The position numbers and the translations under genes are program-made. A stretch of 64,000 nt of DNA from Octopus sinensis. Taxonomy: Eukaryota. The stretch is taken from assembly GCF_006345805.1 (NCBI RefSeq), contig NC_043009.1:18352001-18416000 (forward strand), in the 5' to 3' direction. Shown here one piece after another: positions 63,371-64,000 of the stretch (the stretch's first letter is position 1; the number at the start of each line of letters is the position of its first letter). Below the pieces are notes generated by a model, which saw only the letters and a program-made list of their open reading frames with translations, was not told the origin of the DNA and searched no databases.

Positions 63371-64000
63371 GATGGTTAGAAATATTAACATTGGCGTTGT
63401 CACATTGTTATCGGAATCATCCTTCTTTCTGTCGTTAATATTGTAGTGGTGGTGGTGGTGATACTGTGATTCTTGTAGGTAGTGGTTTTTTAAAAATTTT
63501 TTATACTCTCAATATTATTGCTATTGTTATTGTACCTATATGGTGTTATTATAACCATCATGCTCAATGAACATCTTAACGATCATTAAAATTATTTGAC
63601 CAGGATGCAAAGTCACTTCCTTAACGCCCTCAGTTCGCTACATTTGAATATAATAGCCACCAGCAAAACTAATATTCTTCTAAATGTTGTCTTCCGGCAA
63701 CCACGCGATGAGCGCACCTTTTAATTCGAGTAGGGTGCATAAACATAGTTTCTTGAAACTGAGAGCTTCGTTCCCAGTGTGAAAAACCTATTGAAAACTG
63801 ATAAGTTATATCAAAAGAGTGGAGATAGAAAACAATAAATTAGAGTGGGAGCTAGACAAAGAAGCGATTTAATAAAACATTTCGCTTGACGTCTTAGCGT
63901 TAATAATGGCATCTCGATGCGAAACCCGGAGGCTGCTTGTTAGAATTAGTTCTAGCAAGAGCGTACATTTACAACGTTTGAAAGAATGGCGTTCAACAGT

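Overview
This is AT-rich, repeat-saturated animal genomic DNA. It is most likely an octopus or other coleoid cephalopod, inferred from my recognition of the two dominant tRNA-derived SINE families rather than from a database search. No complete host gene is visible; there is one plausible minus-strand exon near 30.0-30.2 kb. Most ORF-track entries are microsatellite artefacts. The window holds decayed LINEs (RTE, Tx1/L1, CR1, one R4/Dong-like element with a restriction-like endonuclease) and Tc1/mariner elements, including a near-intact DD37D (maT) copy with TIRs, TA TSD and one nonsense codon. It also holds a hAT remnant, a Mutator-like TIR element and many SINEs. Three Penelope-like (PLE) RT/GIY-YIG remnants are present. 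The most striking signal is a dense set of minimal type I hammerhead ribozyme (HHR) motifs from several unrelated sequence families. Many sit inside short fold-back (inverted-repeat) units with no ORF. Some have fully canonical cores; others share recurrent variants (CUGUCGA core, an extra A after the core, A.G at the base of stem II). A tRNA-Thr-like unit shows the same inverted-plus-tandem architecture. All ribozyme calls are structural reads by eye and have not been tested.
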